NCBI GenBank assembly: GCA_964187785.1
Contig: OZ076409.1
Coordinates: forward strand, 35,528,001-35,588,000
Length of the DNA stretch: 60,000 bases
Reading direction: 5' to 3'
Origin: Amphiscolops sp. MND2022
Lineage: Eukaryota
Shown: positions 1 to 13,149 of the stretch, piece after piece
How the letters are laid out: each line of letters starts with the position of its first letter
Position numbering within the stretch: the stretch's first letter is position 1
The notes under the pieces: model-generated
The model's input: the letters and a program-made list of their open reading frames with translations, nothing else
Databases searched by the model: none
Told to the model about the DNA's origin: nothing
Made by a program: the position numbers and the translations under genes

Positions 1-639
1 ATTCGTTCAAACACACTACAGAAAGATTGTTATTTCTACTCTGAATGGCTGACGACTCCTTAGATTCAGTTAGTAACCTAACAGAAGTGGCTGGTTTAAG
101 TTATTCACCGTGCACGCAGACTGTCATCAACAATTGCGTTGAATCCCTCATGCAAGACATCGCTTGATATTGATGAAAATGCGGTTGTTCTGAGTGGTTC
201 CGAGACGGAGACCATTTAGCATGGATGGAAAATGAGACATCAACCCTTTTTCCTGTGGAAACAAAAAAAAAGAAGAAAGCTCAGTCGTCGAACTTGTCAA
301 AAATTCCTTTTGAAAGGTAAACGACCGGAGCAACCTGCAAAGTAGCCTGCATTTTGTGCAACGGACATTACGCAAATTTGCGACAACATTTTTCAAAATC
401 TCGTAAAAACTTGTCAATTAACCAGAGGTATTGTAATAAGCCTTCATAGAACCTCTGTTTGCAGTTCCACTGTTTATCAGTGTAAAACTTGTCTTCTTCG
501 ATTCACCAAAGGCAAGCATTTTAAAGTTTGCAAGAAACGAGCTGTCTTACGAGTACAAGCATCAAAGCATCAAGTACTGATGACTTCCCAGAATGCCTCA
601 AAGATGCGTCAATCCTCAGTCTGAGTTCTTGTTCTGTTA

Positions 640-1704
640 AGGCCTCGGTTTTGCTTGATGAATACAACATTAATCGTGATGAAGGCGGAGACCCCGAGAT
701 AACCCGCTTTCAGAGGACATTTTTGTTATCAGTAATGAAAAGAACGCAGTTTTTACGGAACCCTGTCAGAAATAAAGACACTTTGGATCGTAGTCAGACT
801 GAGAAGAAGAACACATACCAAACAATGCGCAAATTGATGTTCGAATGGTTGAATTCCTTGAGGCGTACAATCCGAAAGAATTGCGATTGAATGTTCCATT
901 GGTGGAAGAAAATGATCCTCTTGGGAAGTTCCTCTTGGGAAGTTCCTCTTGAGAAAAACTGCCAAGAAAGTGGCCCGAAAAGTCAACTAGGGGAGCGTAA
1001 AAAATTCAGCACTGTCCCTCCTTTATACCAGGTTGCCTATTCGAGACAAGATGTGCAGGAGGTGTTTGACAAGTTCAACTATGCGGGTTTCGAGTACAAC
1101 GAGTACCTCAGCTTGGTTTTATTTGTTATTCATGGTGAATTCAACTGTCGCATTGCTGCCCTTCTATATTTGGAATACGCAGCGTATGCAGTCATACTTC
1201 CTGCGATTTCGACCTCAGACCAAGAGATATGTTGATCAGTTATACGAAAAGTTCCGGGAAGAATTCAACCAAGAGCCCCTTCGCACATTTCTTTCCTAAA
1301 CGAACAAAAGGTTCTCTTGTCAGGCTACCTACCCAAAAGATGCTTTCTGATATATCCTATAACCCAGATAATGTGAGGAACGCTTAGGATTCTTACAAAG
1401 TGAAGTCCAATTTTCTCCGGACGAAAACTCAGCAAAGTTGTATCAAATGGACACAGGACATTGCGAGTCCACCAGAGACAAATATTACGTTCAAACGGCA
1501 ACAGAAGCTGTTATAACCAAAACTCTGGACCGGCAACTTCAGCTTTTGAATGACCCCGAAGCTTGTTATGTCAAGGCCGATGAACCACCGCAAGTAGTCT
1601 CAGAGACGACTGATGGGTCAAACATCTTTGAAGAGGAACCAGATGACGAAGATGACACTGTTAACCCTTCATGCGAAGTTTTAGAGCACGAAAAACCGCT
1701 CTGA
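640..1704 (+). pseudogene. Possible fragmented tyrosine-recombinase-like gene (Crypton/DIRS-type relic)
   Basis: Overlapping same-strand ORF fragments with motifs in tyrosine-recombinase order: HGEFNCRIAALL (~1131-1166, box I Arg), YNPDNVRNA* (~1358-1387, box II Arg region), DTGHCESTRDKYYV (1450-1491, GH..T...YY). Several stops and frameshifts; boundaries approximate. Confidence 0.4.
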
Positions 1705-2103
1705 CCCAGGATTCTCAAGCAACTGACGAAAATGGCAACATTTGCCAGATCCAGATGTACCTGGATCTTCGAAGGAAGGTACACGGTGGTTGACCGAAAA
1801 AAGGTTGCTGTAACACCCGAAAACAGCCAGAAGAAGGTCCCTGCTAAAAGACCAGAGACAAACAACAAGGGGAAAGACTACAGCAACAAAATTTGACATG
1901 TGATCCGGCTAAACCTCATGAAATTCAGAGACAACGACGTGCTCCAACCCCATTTGATTCAACTTTTTGATAAGAACTGTGACATAAAGAAAAAAATCTC
2001 TAGAAGGGAGACGCTTCAGGAGTGTGAATAATGCGACCAGGTGAAGCACGAGAGCCACAAAAAGTCAGCAACCAGAGAATGCTGAACAACGTAATACAAA
2101 CAC

Positions 2104-2645
2104 AAAACAAAGCGAGAACGTCTAAAGTCGGCGCTAAATCTAAGGCTCAAAAAGCGCAAAACATTTTTTTGGGAAAAAGTTTGCAATTTTTGAATTTTTT
2201 CTTTCAAAAAAGTCCCATAGTTCCGAAAAAGGTAAAAATGGGACCCTTCTGGATTTGTTATCATACATTCCGTTGCAAAATATCAAAACACTCGAAGGGG
2301 GGACCCTTTGAGGAAATTTAAAAATTTTCGAAAAAAAGTCGCACAATGCCGAAAAAAATCCAAAGGGGGACCCTTTAGGCACGTCCGGTTTCGTAGGTTT
2401 CCTTGAAAAAGTGAAAAATGGAAGGGGACCCTTCGGACTAAATTTGCCTTGGCGGGACTTGGCCTTAGGTGGTTTCAAGATTGTTTCTAAAAAGTGGACC
2501 GATCAGTGTGAGGATTGTAGTCTGGAGAAAAAAACAGTCACTGCTATAGTCGGGCATTTTTCCTTGAAAGGATAAAGCGCCGACTAAAAATAGTCACTGC
2601 TATAGTCGGGCATTTTTCTTTAAACGAAAACGCGCCAATTAAAAA
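2104..2645 (-). mobile_element. HINE/DINE-1-like non-autonomous Helentron element, family A, with duplicated terminal segment
   Basis: AACAAAG...GTCGGCGC at the left end, GCGCCGACTAAAAA at ~2577-2590; internal AAGGGGGACCCTTT / CACAATGCCGAAAAA repeats; the last ~55 bp are tandemly duplicated (2591-2645); homologous to the 50994-51496 copy in the opposite orientation. Confidence 0.75.
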
Positions 2646-5010
2646 ACGCAAACAAACTCTCCGATGTCAATTTAAACTTGACAAAGAACATTGCAACCTT
2701 TGTTACTGGTTTGATCACAGTAACCATCTAGAAGAACATTTTTCTGTGTTTCAGCGGATTTGTGTTTTAAATAGACGTGTCTATTATACCAGTGTTTTGA
2801 CTTTTGATACTGCTTGCATGTAATTCACTCATTTTTTTTCTGAGGGCTGAAACATGTGTAATTACAGAATAATAATGCATTTTCATGATTTTTCATCTTT
2901 TCGAACCTCCACATGATGCAGTTGTCAAAATTGTCTCTTCAAATGCCCAATAGATATATAGATCCTTCGATTGTGGTTTTGCTTTCTCAGCGCAGTGCTG
3001 ATTTAAACTTTTCTGGGACAATTTTGTGTTGCTTGTTCCGTAAAGGCCGATTTAATGAATAATTGGCTTTCAAGTTCGCTGCCATGCTGCCATGTGAAAG
3101 ACGGCGGTTGAAAGATGGGCGAAAGATGGGTCAATATTGAGAACTCCTTGTCCGTGGACATTTCCAGCCCGAACCCATGAACAATCGTGAACAAAATTTT
3201 CGCGACTTACAACCAAAAGTTAAATTGCATGAAAATCATTCTCCAAAACGTACGATTCCTGGCGTTCTGTGGGAGCTAACCTCGGTATCAATGTTCTGTC
3301 AATTAGGCCGTTATTTCTTGGAAATCTGACTTGTTTTCCCCAGTGATGCTTATTTTGAACTTCTTACGAATCAAGTGGCCAGTTGACATTTTCCAATAAT
3401 TCGTTGATGCTTGTTTGCAAATTTGTTTTGCAAATTAAAGAGATATGGTGCTGAATTGCTCCTGTCGGATAAACAAAGGGCGATAGTGTGGCTGAATACT
3501 GATTTCCAATTTAAATATCTTCAGGAATTACGGGCATGCGGCCGTATCCACAATTGTATGCAAGTGCTTTTTTCCAAGCATTTATGCTATAAATGAATGA
3601 TTTTCGACTTAAGTGGAATTGTTTTTAATGGTTTCTGTAAAAACCGCTCTTGGAATCTTTCGTTGAGAAAGCGAACATTCCTTGATTGAATTCGCTGATT
3701 GCCCCTAGAAGCCCCTGAAAAATATTTAAAACCAACAGACACGTTGGAAGTCAGAACAAAAGATTTCGTCTTCAATTTCGTAATCACGAATCGAAAATAA
3801 TCTGGTAGTAAATCAACAACGCTTTGCATGTTCAGCTGCGCAATTAAAACTAGTTTTGTGGTTTTCTGAAGCGGAGTATTGGCGTTTTTGGAAACAATTT
3901 TCGGAAATTGAAAATTGCAATAACGCGAATACAAAACAAAAGTGACTAGTTTTGCAACGCTGTCATTCCGAATACTCAAACCCTAAAGATTGCAAGCTCC
4001 AGATATGGCGATTATTCTAACTTGAGTCACGACAAAGTGTTCAGTGGATGTTTGGATTTAGGCGGAAAGAGGGAACATGCAATTCAAGATTTTTTTCCCA
4101 CCTTTTGGTTGAACGTCTGTTCGTAAAACATTTTTTTTGGCTTTACAAAATGTTCTAAAATGAAAGTATTTTCCAAAAAATTTTCATTCATGTCTTTGTA
4201 ACGTTCAACTCTGACGGTACTTCTTCCTATTGTTTAATAAATTCATTGTAATAAACTGTGCTTTCGCCGTCGTGAAAAAAAGGTTTACAACAAAGTGGCT
4301 CGATAAACAATTTGTTGACATGAGTTCGGAAACGTTCAGTTTGCAGTCTGCTTTGTGCCAAAATCAAAAGATTTCCAGCAATCTCTTTCAGACAGTTCTA
4401 CATTCTTGTATTAAAAAACAAGTAGACAGATTTTGTTGCACAAGACATTATCAAAAAGACGGATTTTGAGACTAAGTTTGATCTTCTTGTTTGGTGAACT
4501 TGATGAAATAATAATAGAAAAGCGCCGTATTGACACTGGAAAATTTGTTGTTCATTTCATTTTGTTATTAGAAAATTTTTTACATCATGTAGAAGGTGAC
4601 TAAAGTGAAATTGATCTTATGAAATGACAGCTCCAAAATAGTTTTTTTTTCGGTTCTTCAGGAGGTGCAAATGGGGTGGTATGTGCTTCATAAGGGTATG
4701 GCGAGGAGCCAGACGTTCAGATGATCCGTGAAAATTTCTGAAGAAAACATTTTGTACAATCTACAGGCAAAATTACCGAGATGATAACGGATAAAGTGCT
4801 ATCTTCAATATGTTCTTTTTGCAAGAAAGTTCGTAATGACAAATAACTTCTCAGTCAAGAAGGTTGTCCATTCAAATGCGTGAAGTATTTTGACCTTCAA
4901 TTGATATAAATAAATAATTTTTTTAGACTAATGTAGCGCAGAGTCTTGCGAAATTTTCTACGTAAAAACAACCAAACCTATTTAAAGTAGGGAATAAGAC
5001 TTGGAAGATT

Positions 5011-5541
5011 AAACAAGCCGAGAACGGCCAATGTCGGCGCCATATCTAAGGCTCAAAATTTAAAAGGGGGACCCTTCGGGCTTTGTGAAACTCCAGCTGG
5101 TTGCAAAAATTTGAAAAAAATTGAAGGGGGGACCCTTTGGAGACATGAAAAAATTTCCCAAAAATTTTTTTAATGAGATTTTTGAACAGTGTCACAGTGC
5201 CGAAAAATGTAAAAGGGGGGCCCTTTGCAATTTTTTGACATCCATTGTGTTGCAAAATATCGAAACAAATGAAGGGGGGACCCTCTGGTGCAATCCAAAA
5301 ACTTCAAAAAAAGTGCTGAAAAAAAGTGGGGCTAAGGTGTGTTTTCGAGGTTGTGGACGTCTGTTTTGTTTTTTCTTTTCGTTTTGGACGCGCTTCTGAG
5401 GTTGGAGTTGTTGAGGTTTGAAGTTGTTGAAGTTTGAGGTTGTTGAACAAATGAACAAAAAAGTGGACCTTTCGTGTCTAAAAAAAAACTACCCACTGTA
5501 ATAGTCGGGCACATTTTCTACTAAAATGCGCCGACTAAAAA
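5011..5541 (-). mobile_element. HINE/DINE-1-like element, family A
   Basis: AAACAAGCCG...GTCGGCGCCATATCTAAGGCTCAAAA start, GGGGGACCCT repeats, TAGTCGGGC...GCGCCGACTAAAAA end. Confidence 0.8.
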
Positions 5542-5894
5542 GGCCACATGTCACGAATGCCGCGAAATTCAAAAAACCAAAGCGCGACAAAAAATCAAAA
5601 AGCAAAAAAGCGTTATGCTATTCAATGATCTTCGAGTTTTAACATTTTTCTTCTAAACTTTCATCTCAATACCAGAAACGTTTATGTCTCAAAATTTTTC
5701 CACTAAAGTTCACTGCTTTTGTGTACTTGGAAAAACCATCAACTGAAAACTACTCGAGTTAGAAAGTAATTGGGTTCTTTTAATTGGTACTTTCGAAAAG
5801 AAGGAAAGCCCATTTGTCCAAGACATGAACGCGAAAAATGGAGACGAGACTCAACATACTGCGTGGGACGTGATACTGATCGGCAAACAGTATA

Positions 5895-6570
5895 CAGTGG
5901 CGTGAAGAAAGAATGCGACTTAGCTGCTCAAAAAGGCTAATTTTGCAGTCTCATATCTCCAAAACTATTCAAAATGGTTCAATTTGGTAAAAACAAAAGT
6001 TTCTTGAATTTTTCCTATGAATACAATGGTTTTTGTTTGAAATTTCAACCATCATTGTTTCCGAAGTTAGAAACATGTGATTTTGGGAGGAAAATATTTA
6101 AAATAGCTAATTTTTGAGAAAATATCAGTGATCCAATAAGTATTTTTAAATAAATTTTGCCTTGCAGATACACTCAAATCTCCCGAAAACGAAGATGAAA
6201 TTTGATTTTGGATATATTTTTAAAATGTATGTTGGTGGGAGTTTTACCAAGTATAAGTCTGAAATTCCTATCTTAATACATGTATTTCAAATTTTACTGA
6301 ACGAAAAAGTGCTCCCATTTTTGTTTTCTTGGTGATTTCCACAAACAAAAACTATCATGGGATTGAGAAAAATCAGAGAAATTTTTTGGTATAATTTTCA
6401 TGTAAAAATCATCACCAAAAGACGATAAAATATTGAAAAAACTGATTTTTGCGAGTGATCGAGGCTTGTTAAACCAATAAGATTTGAGCAGCGAGGCTTT
6501 GTGAACCAATCAGATTAGAGAATTCTTTGCATTCTGAGCAACTAAGTCGCATTCTTTCTTCACACCACTG
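5895..6570. mobile_element. Tc1/mariner-type MITE (676 bp)
   Basis: ~36-bp TIRs CAGTGGCGTGAAGAAAGAATGCGACTTAGCTGCTCA / TGAGCAACTAAGTCGCATTCTTTCTTCACACCACTG, flanked by TA on both sides (5893-5894, 6571-6572); no coding capacity. Confidence 0.9.
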
Positions 6571-6656
6571 TATTTCATATATATCTTGTAATGCAAATAC
6601 TCACTTCGAAAGTCTCTAAAACTCTCATCTAACCAGTAGTCAGTGAAAATCTTGTA

Positions 6657-7056
6657 ATTTTTAATCGGCGCTTCATTGGAAATTTAACGCGAATATTTTA
6701 ATCACTTTTTGTCAGTTTTGTTTCAATCCACACGAACTGACCAAAATAGTTCTACAAACGGTCTACATACCCTAAAACATTGAAATGTACCAATTGGCCC
6801 CGAGAACTGAACTATATTAATTGCTTCGTCTGATATGAACAAAATATTGCGTTATATCCGAATTTTTGACGTTATAACCGAAGTAAATTTCGTTTTAGTG
6901 GGAGAGGAGGCGGCAGTTCGAATCAGATTTTTTTGATTTTTCGTTTCAGTTTTTTTTGGTACTGTGAAATTGAGAAATTATTCATTATTAAATCCTTTAC
7001 GCTTTGAAGTACTTTCGCTCTTTCTGAGCCTAAGTGGGGTCGTTTCCAGCTTGCTT
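6657..7056 (+). mobile_element. Diverged HINE-like element, family A
   Basis: Starts TTTTTAATCGGCGCTTCAT, ends GAGCCTAAG...CTTGCTT; interior is reverse-complement homologous to the 27551-28050 and 44080-44706 copies. Confidence 0.65.
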
Positions 7057-7728
7057 CAGTCCACGCTGTCACTGAATCATTCAAGTCGATTGATTTTTTG
7101 AAAACTAATCTTCAGTCCACGTCATAGAAGGAGAACACTTTATCTACTATGGCTGCTGACGCTGCGAGATTTTGGTCACATGAAAGTTTTGACTCGGAAC
7201 TTGGTTGATGCTGGTCTGCTCTCTGTTTTGTAGCCATAATGGTGACGCAATGATAAGGTTCTCCAAACATTGCAACAATCTCATCATTCTTCTGGTTTGG
7301 ACATCATTTGCAGTGAGGTGTCTGCAAAATTTTTGTCTTTAATTTTTTTCGGACAATAGAGAAGCTGAGTGCTTCGTAGTTGTCAGCAGTTTCGCCTGAC
7401 AGATTCGGAGAACTGATAGTTCACAAACTGTAATATGCAACTGAAACTCTATGAAGTGCAAAAAAATTTTGTTTGTGCGTTTTTCAACAGTTTTACTCGC
7501 CATTTTAGAGAGTGAGAGTATGAACGCCTTCTTACTGTTTGTACAGACAGACTGATAATTTTGCTCAAGGTTGAACATTAATTGCAGGTTTTCTTCACTT
7601 CTTTCTGCAAAATTTGCCTTTTATTTAGACAAAGTTTTTCCGAGGCTAATGAAAGAAGAAGACTTTCCTGCAGAATTTCCCGAGCTTCATTTTCTGTTAA
7701 CAATCCGCAGTTTTATCAATAATGCTTT

Positions 7729-8475
7729 TGTAACGGCAAGCGCTAAGCGATTGCATCGTGACATTGGAGTGGAGGAACTGGTACCATGGGTATGGTCCGG
7801 GACAAACCACCATGATATCAGCTCCCTTTGTCCTCCTAAGGATAGCCGGTCCCGAGGAGGGGGAACCGTCTTGAAGGATGCTCTCCGGCCTGTTCCAGTC
7901 TGTAACTGCTGAGAATAACGGGCATTATGCTTTCTCTCTTCACAACCACCGTTTAGACAGCCTTTCAAAACAATGCCAAGGAAAAACATTGTAAATTTCT
8001 AATTCCAGGGTGAAATTCCAGAGTGGTATGGGAATAAGGTCTAAAATGGGGAATAACATCTAAACTGCGAACCTAGCGCTCGAGCTAGCTAAACCAAGTG
8101 AAAATACATGAAGACAGGCATGAATACGGCAACCCACACAGCTACAAGCTGGGGCGCAGGGACTTCAAGCACCAAACAAGGATAATTAGGCGAAAAGACG
8201 CATTTTTCCCGTTCTTGCTACATTGGGTAGCGTAACTCTCAAAATCGGTAAAAACCGGGGTTAGGACCTCGAAAAGAGTCTATTTATGAGTTTTCTAAGC
8301 GCTCGGGCTTCTTCACTCCGTGTTCCCGTTCGGTCGTCTCCACGGGCGGCTTGCTTCGTCTTCTGCTTTTTTCCAGGGACTTTGGCCAAAACATACTCAA
8401 TTTGCCACGTCAGATTTGAACGAATTTTTGGTCGATTTTTTCTGAAAACTCGTTGTACCACAGCGTTCTGTTACA
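7729..8475. repeat. LTR-like repeat, copy 1 (probable solo LTR)
   Basis: TGTAAC...GTTACA termini; shares blocks with 10028-10522 (TCTTCACAACCACCGTTTAGACAGCCTTT; TGTACCAcAGcGTTCtGTTACA). No TSD, PBS or PPT seen. Confidence 0.6.
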
Positions 8476-10027
8476 TTCATTGGCTATTCGTTTTTATTTT
8501 AGCGAAAAATAGTTAGCACTTTTCCATATTTTTTGAAGCAGCATTTCGTTCATTATTTTCCACACAGTACATTTTAACCGATCTGCTTGAAATAGCCCCC
8601 TTATCGAACCTCTTTCGAACTCTTAACTTTTTTAGAACCCCGTGATGTTTGTTGTAAAATCACTTCGGACTATGGATGTGTTTTGAATGACGATTTCTTT
8701 TACAATCGTTGAGACTTTTTTGTTGTTTTTAAATCTTTCGCGCGTCATGAGAAAAGAATAGTTGCACTTGATAATTGAACTTGACGTTGATCACCTGATA
8801 ATTCAATAGACAGAAACACTGAGACCCAATCATCAGCTTCGCTGTTAGAAAGTTGAAGCTCACGTTCTGTGCATAGACACAAGCCTCTCTGTATACTGAG
8901 TCGCAAGAATTATCGAATACAAAATCTGCATTGTTATTCAAAAAAGCGAAGGGAGGGAAAGATTTCAGGCGCAGCTGTTTTCGTCTTGTTTGAATGATCC
9001 CGCGGACTGAGACTAATTGTGCCGTTTCTGTTCATGCAAATTGAAACGTCGATTCTTTGATTGATTGTCCTTTTTCGTTCTGTCTCTTCTTATTGTTTTG
9101 TCTCAGATTTCATTGAAGCAAACATAAGTAGCTCGTTGTGACATTGTTGGTCCGTTGTAGGAACGCCTTCAACAGTTTGAAGGTTTTCTAGAAAAATAAC
9201 AAAAGAGGCGCACAAACGTTTGGACTTCTGTTGACGACGGTGTTGACTAGATGTTCAATTATTGTGAAAGAAAGAAATAATAATGCGTTGGAACTTCGAA
9301 AGATGTGCCAGTGACGTATCGTGTTTTTCTGAGACTCCTATGAATATGTTTTTTTGTATGGTTTCTCAAAAAATGTCCACATCGTCCAAACGGTCTGAAA
9401 CAATAATGAAACCACCAGAAAAAGGGTTAGAGCTGCGGCCGGGGAAACAATTCTAGAGGCCACCGTACTTCTTGAGAAATTGGATATTGAAGGGAACGTC
9501 AGGAGTTTATTGATTAGTCTCAATTTGATGAAATAGTGTCAAATTCAATTGAATCGGGGTTCAATGTTGACAAAAACGTTAAAACTGAAACTTTTGAAAA
9601 GATCACTTTTGCCATTAACTTTTATTGGATGATGTCGGGCGTTGCCGCTCACAATCCAAGTTAAACGATGTGTCAACGAATACCACTTTCAAATAAGAGA
9701 CTGGCACAAGATTTTCCCGAAATTCTTTCTCAGTCTTTGTGAAACATTCAATTGGGCAAATTTTGCCCATTTCTAGAGTTAACTTTAACATATTTGAACT
9801 ATGTCTTTCAGTCGTGGCATCCAAGTACGTTACAAGCGACGAAGATAGTGGTCGTCAAAGTGGAAATTAATCAATAAACTTTAAATGTGTCTTCAAGACT
9901 GTTCTAAGTCGGTACCCAGTTTTGCTTTGAACCAAGGTGTCGTAATACCCACCAGAATATTCAGAAAATGAAGCGCGAAAGTGTCAAGCAATAAAAATCA
10001 ATTGGGCATTTTCAAATATTAGACTTT

Positions 10028-10522
10028 TGTAACGATAAGCATTGGCATAGCTTGATAGCTACAGTAAATGGAGAAACTAGACTTCAAAACGTATACGTCC
10101 GTGACTAGACCCTTTTTGTAAACCAGCTCATTTTCTTCCAAGGAAAGTCCGTCTCAAAGGATGTTCTCCGGTCTGAGTCCAGTCTGTAACTGCTGAAAAT
10201 AACGGGCATCTCTTCACAACCACCGTTTAGACAGCCTTTAAAAACTATGCCAAGAATAAACAGTGTAAAATTCCGTTTCCTGGGTGACATGGAAATAGTA
10301 TCCAAAAAATGTAGCGCCCGAGCTGGTAAATACGTCGCTTTCCGTGTTCCCGCTCGGTCTGCTCTCCTCCTTGTTTTGCATTGAAAATGGCGATAACAGC
10401 GAAAAGAGCAATCGCATGTTCATTGCCACGTCACACATCAAATTAAAGGTTCTTACCAAAATTCTGAACATGTCAAAATTTCAAAATTGACCGATTTCGC
10501 TGTACCAGAGGGTTCCGTTACA
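10028..10522. repeat. LTR-like repeat, copy 2 (shorter, diverged)
   Basis: TGTAAC...GTTACA termini; direct-orientation homology to 7729-8475 with large indels. Confidence 0.6.
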
Positions 10523-10645
10523 AAATCTTGATTCGAATTGCAAAAAAGTTGAGAAATAATGTTTCTTTTTGTCACAGCCCCACAACCGTGTGGTTCCCCG
10601 CAGTTCAGCACTGAGGTACGCAGATGGAAAAGCTGTGACAACAAG
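10523..10645 (-). repeat. Interspersed repeat end with TTGTCACAGC...GCTGTGACAA inverted repeat
   Basis: Homologous to 46955-47075 on the + strand; abuts and truncates the gag remnant. Confidence 0.65.
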
Positions 10646-10649
10646 CTGT

Positions 10650-11960
10650 ACTTGGAGTTGTACCGCGGTTTGTCGGTCTGATTCTGGCCGTTGTTGTTCA
10701 CTTGTTGTGGACGTTGTTGAGTTTTTGTGTATGTGTCTTTTGCTGCATCTCTGAGGCGTTTCGGCACTTGATCCACATACGGCCAACAATGTTGCAGTAG
10801 CGGCAGTTGCCTTCGAACTTCCGCGTGACTTCCTTGGTGGTTGTGGACTTTCCGGAGTTGTTGTTGGTTGAGACTGGTTGGTTCGTTTGTTGCCTCTCTT
10901 GGTAGATGTACGCCTAACTCAAGGGTTGCATGCCAGGTGTGCTGGGAATTAGTTGCGCATATTGACATCGTCGTTGTACGAACGTTTTGATCTCTTCCAC
11001 AGTGGCGTCGTGCTTGCCTGCCATGGCAAGTTCGTTTGGTATATGCACTGGTAGTTTAGCAAACAGGAATGTTTCGGCTATGTCGCTAGCTTTTTCTCCA
11101 TATTCCTGTTTGGCGGTTTTCTTGAATTTTTTAAAGAAATCCGTAAATGATTCCACTGTTGGACTGTACCTCATTTGGTCAAATTTGTATTTTGACACTT
11201 CTTTGAGGTCTTCCTTGGCGTATTCTTCGTTGAAGGCTTGAAGAATATCTGCCAGCGTCGTTTCTAAATTGATTTTCAGGGTTTGCCAGAACTCAATGGC
11301 GTCGTCCCTGAGCAGACTTTGAAAGTAGTTGAGCTTTTGCTCTTCCGTCAGTTTATGCATGTGTGGGCGGAGGTGGTTTTTGAGTAGTTGTTCAAACTCA
11401 CTATACTTTTCTCTATTTCCACGAAAGAGAGGGACTTGGGTTTGCAACACTGTCGGTTGGATCACTCCATCAGTCATTGTGGTACGCAAGTTTTGTATGT
11501 CCGTCATGACGTCGTCCATTCGTGGTTCGGTGATGCATTGGGTATGTCCTCTTGCGTGGTGAACTACAGGCGTTGGGGGAGTTCTGCGTCGTTGTTGCAG
11601 GTTTGGAGCCGTGATTGAGTTCGTCGAGACTCCTGTCACCATGTCAGAATGAGGCAACGTCCTGAAGTTGCGGACGTTAGGATCACTCTCTTCCCTACTG
11701 TTTGCAACTTTCTCGGTAAGGGCTCTAACCATACTCGTTAATTCGCCAATTTGCTTGGTCATTTCCAAGAATCTCTGTTCTATCCTGGATCTTTCATGAT
11801 CCCTTTCTTGCGATCTCATCGCTTCATCATTATAATCGTTAAAGTAACTCCCCGAGTAGTGATCAGCCACGCTGATGTTATCTTCATTATCGGGATATCT
11901 ATCCTCTTCCGTCTGTTCTACTCTATTCTCTCTAAGAATCTGGGATCTTGTATTCACCAT
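10650..11960 (-). pseudogene. Gypsy-type gag remnant (frameshifted, no pol)
   Basis: 350-aa ORF MVNTRSQ...VPLFRGNREKYSEFEQLL...KLNYFQSLLRDDAIEFW typical of LTR-retrotransposon gag; a downstream frame carries a degenerate knuckle CRYCNIVGRMWIKC (~10765-10810); truncated at ~10650. Confidence 0.8.
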
Positions 11961-12198
11961 TTTCAAGTAAATAAGTTAGTTTGAAAGGTTTGAATTAATG
12001 TTGAATTAAGAAAATTGTTAATGTACTGGTAAGTGAGTTAGGCAAAAGGTTAATTTCGATATAGTGCACAATATGTCTGTTCTCAATGGTAACACAATTT
12101 CAACTGGTAATTTTCAACTTCTTTTAGCACCTTCTATATTTCAAGTCAAGCGTACATAAGACCTAATAATTTGCGTCTTCTTATTCCCTATTCCCATC

Positions 12199-12330
12199 TT
12201 TTAGTCGGCGCTTTTCTTGAAAAGAGCCGACTATTGTGATGACCTCCCGTGAGTGTTTTTTTTTCGATACACCTGAAGTGACCAAAATAGTTTTAGCAAA
12301 TGTTCTACAAAATTTTAAATTTCCCCTGTT
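12199..12330 (+). mobile_element. HINE-like family A, 5' end fragment
   Basis: TTTTAGTCGGCGC...GAGCCGACTA inverted repeat followed by GACCAAAATAGTT as in other copies; right boundary approximate. Confidence 0.6.
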
Positions 12331-12682
12331 TTTATGAGCTGTGAAAATTACTAGCTGTTTTCATGGACTTTTCCGCAATTTAATATTTTCGAGGGAAAGC
12401 TGAGCTCATTTTTCGAATATCTAGCTTATTTTAAAATTCAAAGACAGTTTCGCGATAGGGAGCTAACCGTTTACGTCAGAGCGAGCTATAAATACTAATA
12501 GATCATGTGTATCACAATCAAAGCAACACTTAAAGCGGACGACGAAACACGTTCTATACCTAAAATTTTCAAGATATTGCGTAAATATACATCTGAAGCA
12601 AAGCGAGAGGTAATTGTAGAACATGGAAAGTTAGAGGAACTCAAAATGAACAACAAAGTTTAAGTATATCATTGGGAATCAA

Positions 12683-13149
12683 GGACCATGTGTTCAATTC
12701 CCCCCCCCCCCCAAACTGCGCCGGGGGGAAAATAAGACAGAAGGTTCAAATACCATTATGTCGACATAGTTTGCGTTGAAATTTTGGTCCAATATAATAA
12801 TTGATGTCGACATAATCCTATCCATTACATTGACTGTCATTTAAAAGTTGCTCATTTGATTTAATAGCGGACAAAATTTGCGCTGAAATCGGGGCCTTTT
12901 TATACGATTTTAGCTAGTTTAAAACGTGAGTTTCTGCTATTTTGGACAATAATATCAAAAAATTTTGGTAACTTTTTTACCTGAAGTGTCCAAACAGTTG
13001 TAGAGGCAACCCTCTAAGTATATACATTCATATAATATTCTCTTACTCGTGAAATATTTTTATTCAAGAACAAAATGTGCTTTCGTGTTGGGGGGGGGGG
13101 AATTCGCAACAAGATGTACCTGGGGGGGGGGGAATTGAACACATGGTCC
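12683..13149. mobile_element. Merlin-type MITE (467 bp)
   Basis: TIR GGACCATGTGTTCAATTCCCCCCCCCCC / GGGGGGGGGGGAATTGAACACATGGTCC; perfect 8-bp TSD GGAATCAA (12675-12682, 13150-13157); GG...CC termini with an 8-bp TSD fit the Merlin superfamily. Confidence 0.88.
13059..13064 (-). promoter_or_regulatory. Candidate polyadenylation signal AATAAA for the sacsin-like gene (inside the Merlin MITE)
   Basis: First minus-strand AATAAA downstream of the stop codon at 13213, about 150 nt away. Confidence 0.35.

Noticed and set aside
2650..4950. Short ORFs as host exons or viral relics
   Set aside because: No recognisable motifs and no consistent splice chain; may be decayed coding DNA but cannot be supported.
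8476..10027. Decayed Polinton/Maverick genes (FVFDNSC resembles a packaging-ATPase Walker B region)
   Set aside because: One short motif only, with no Walker A or other Polinton genes recognisable; needs a profile search.
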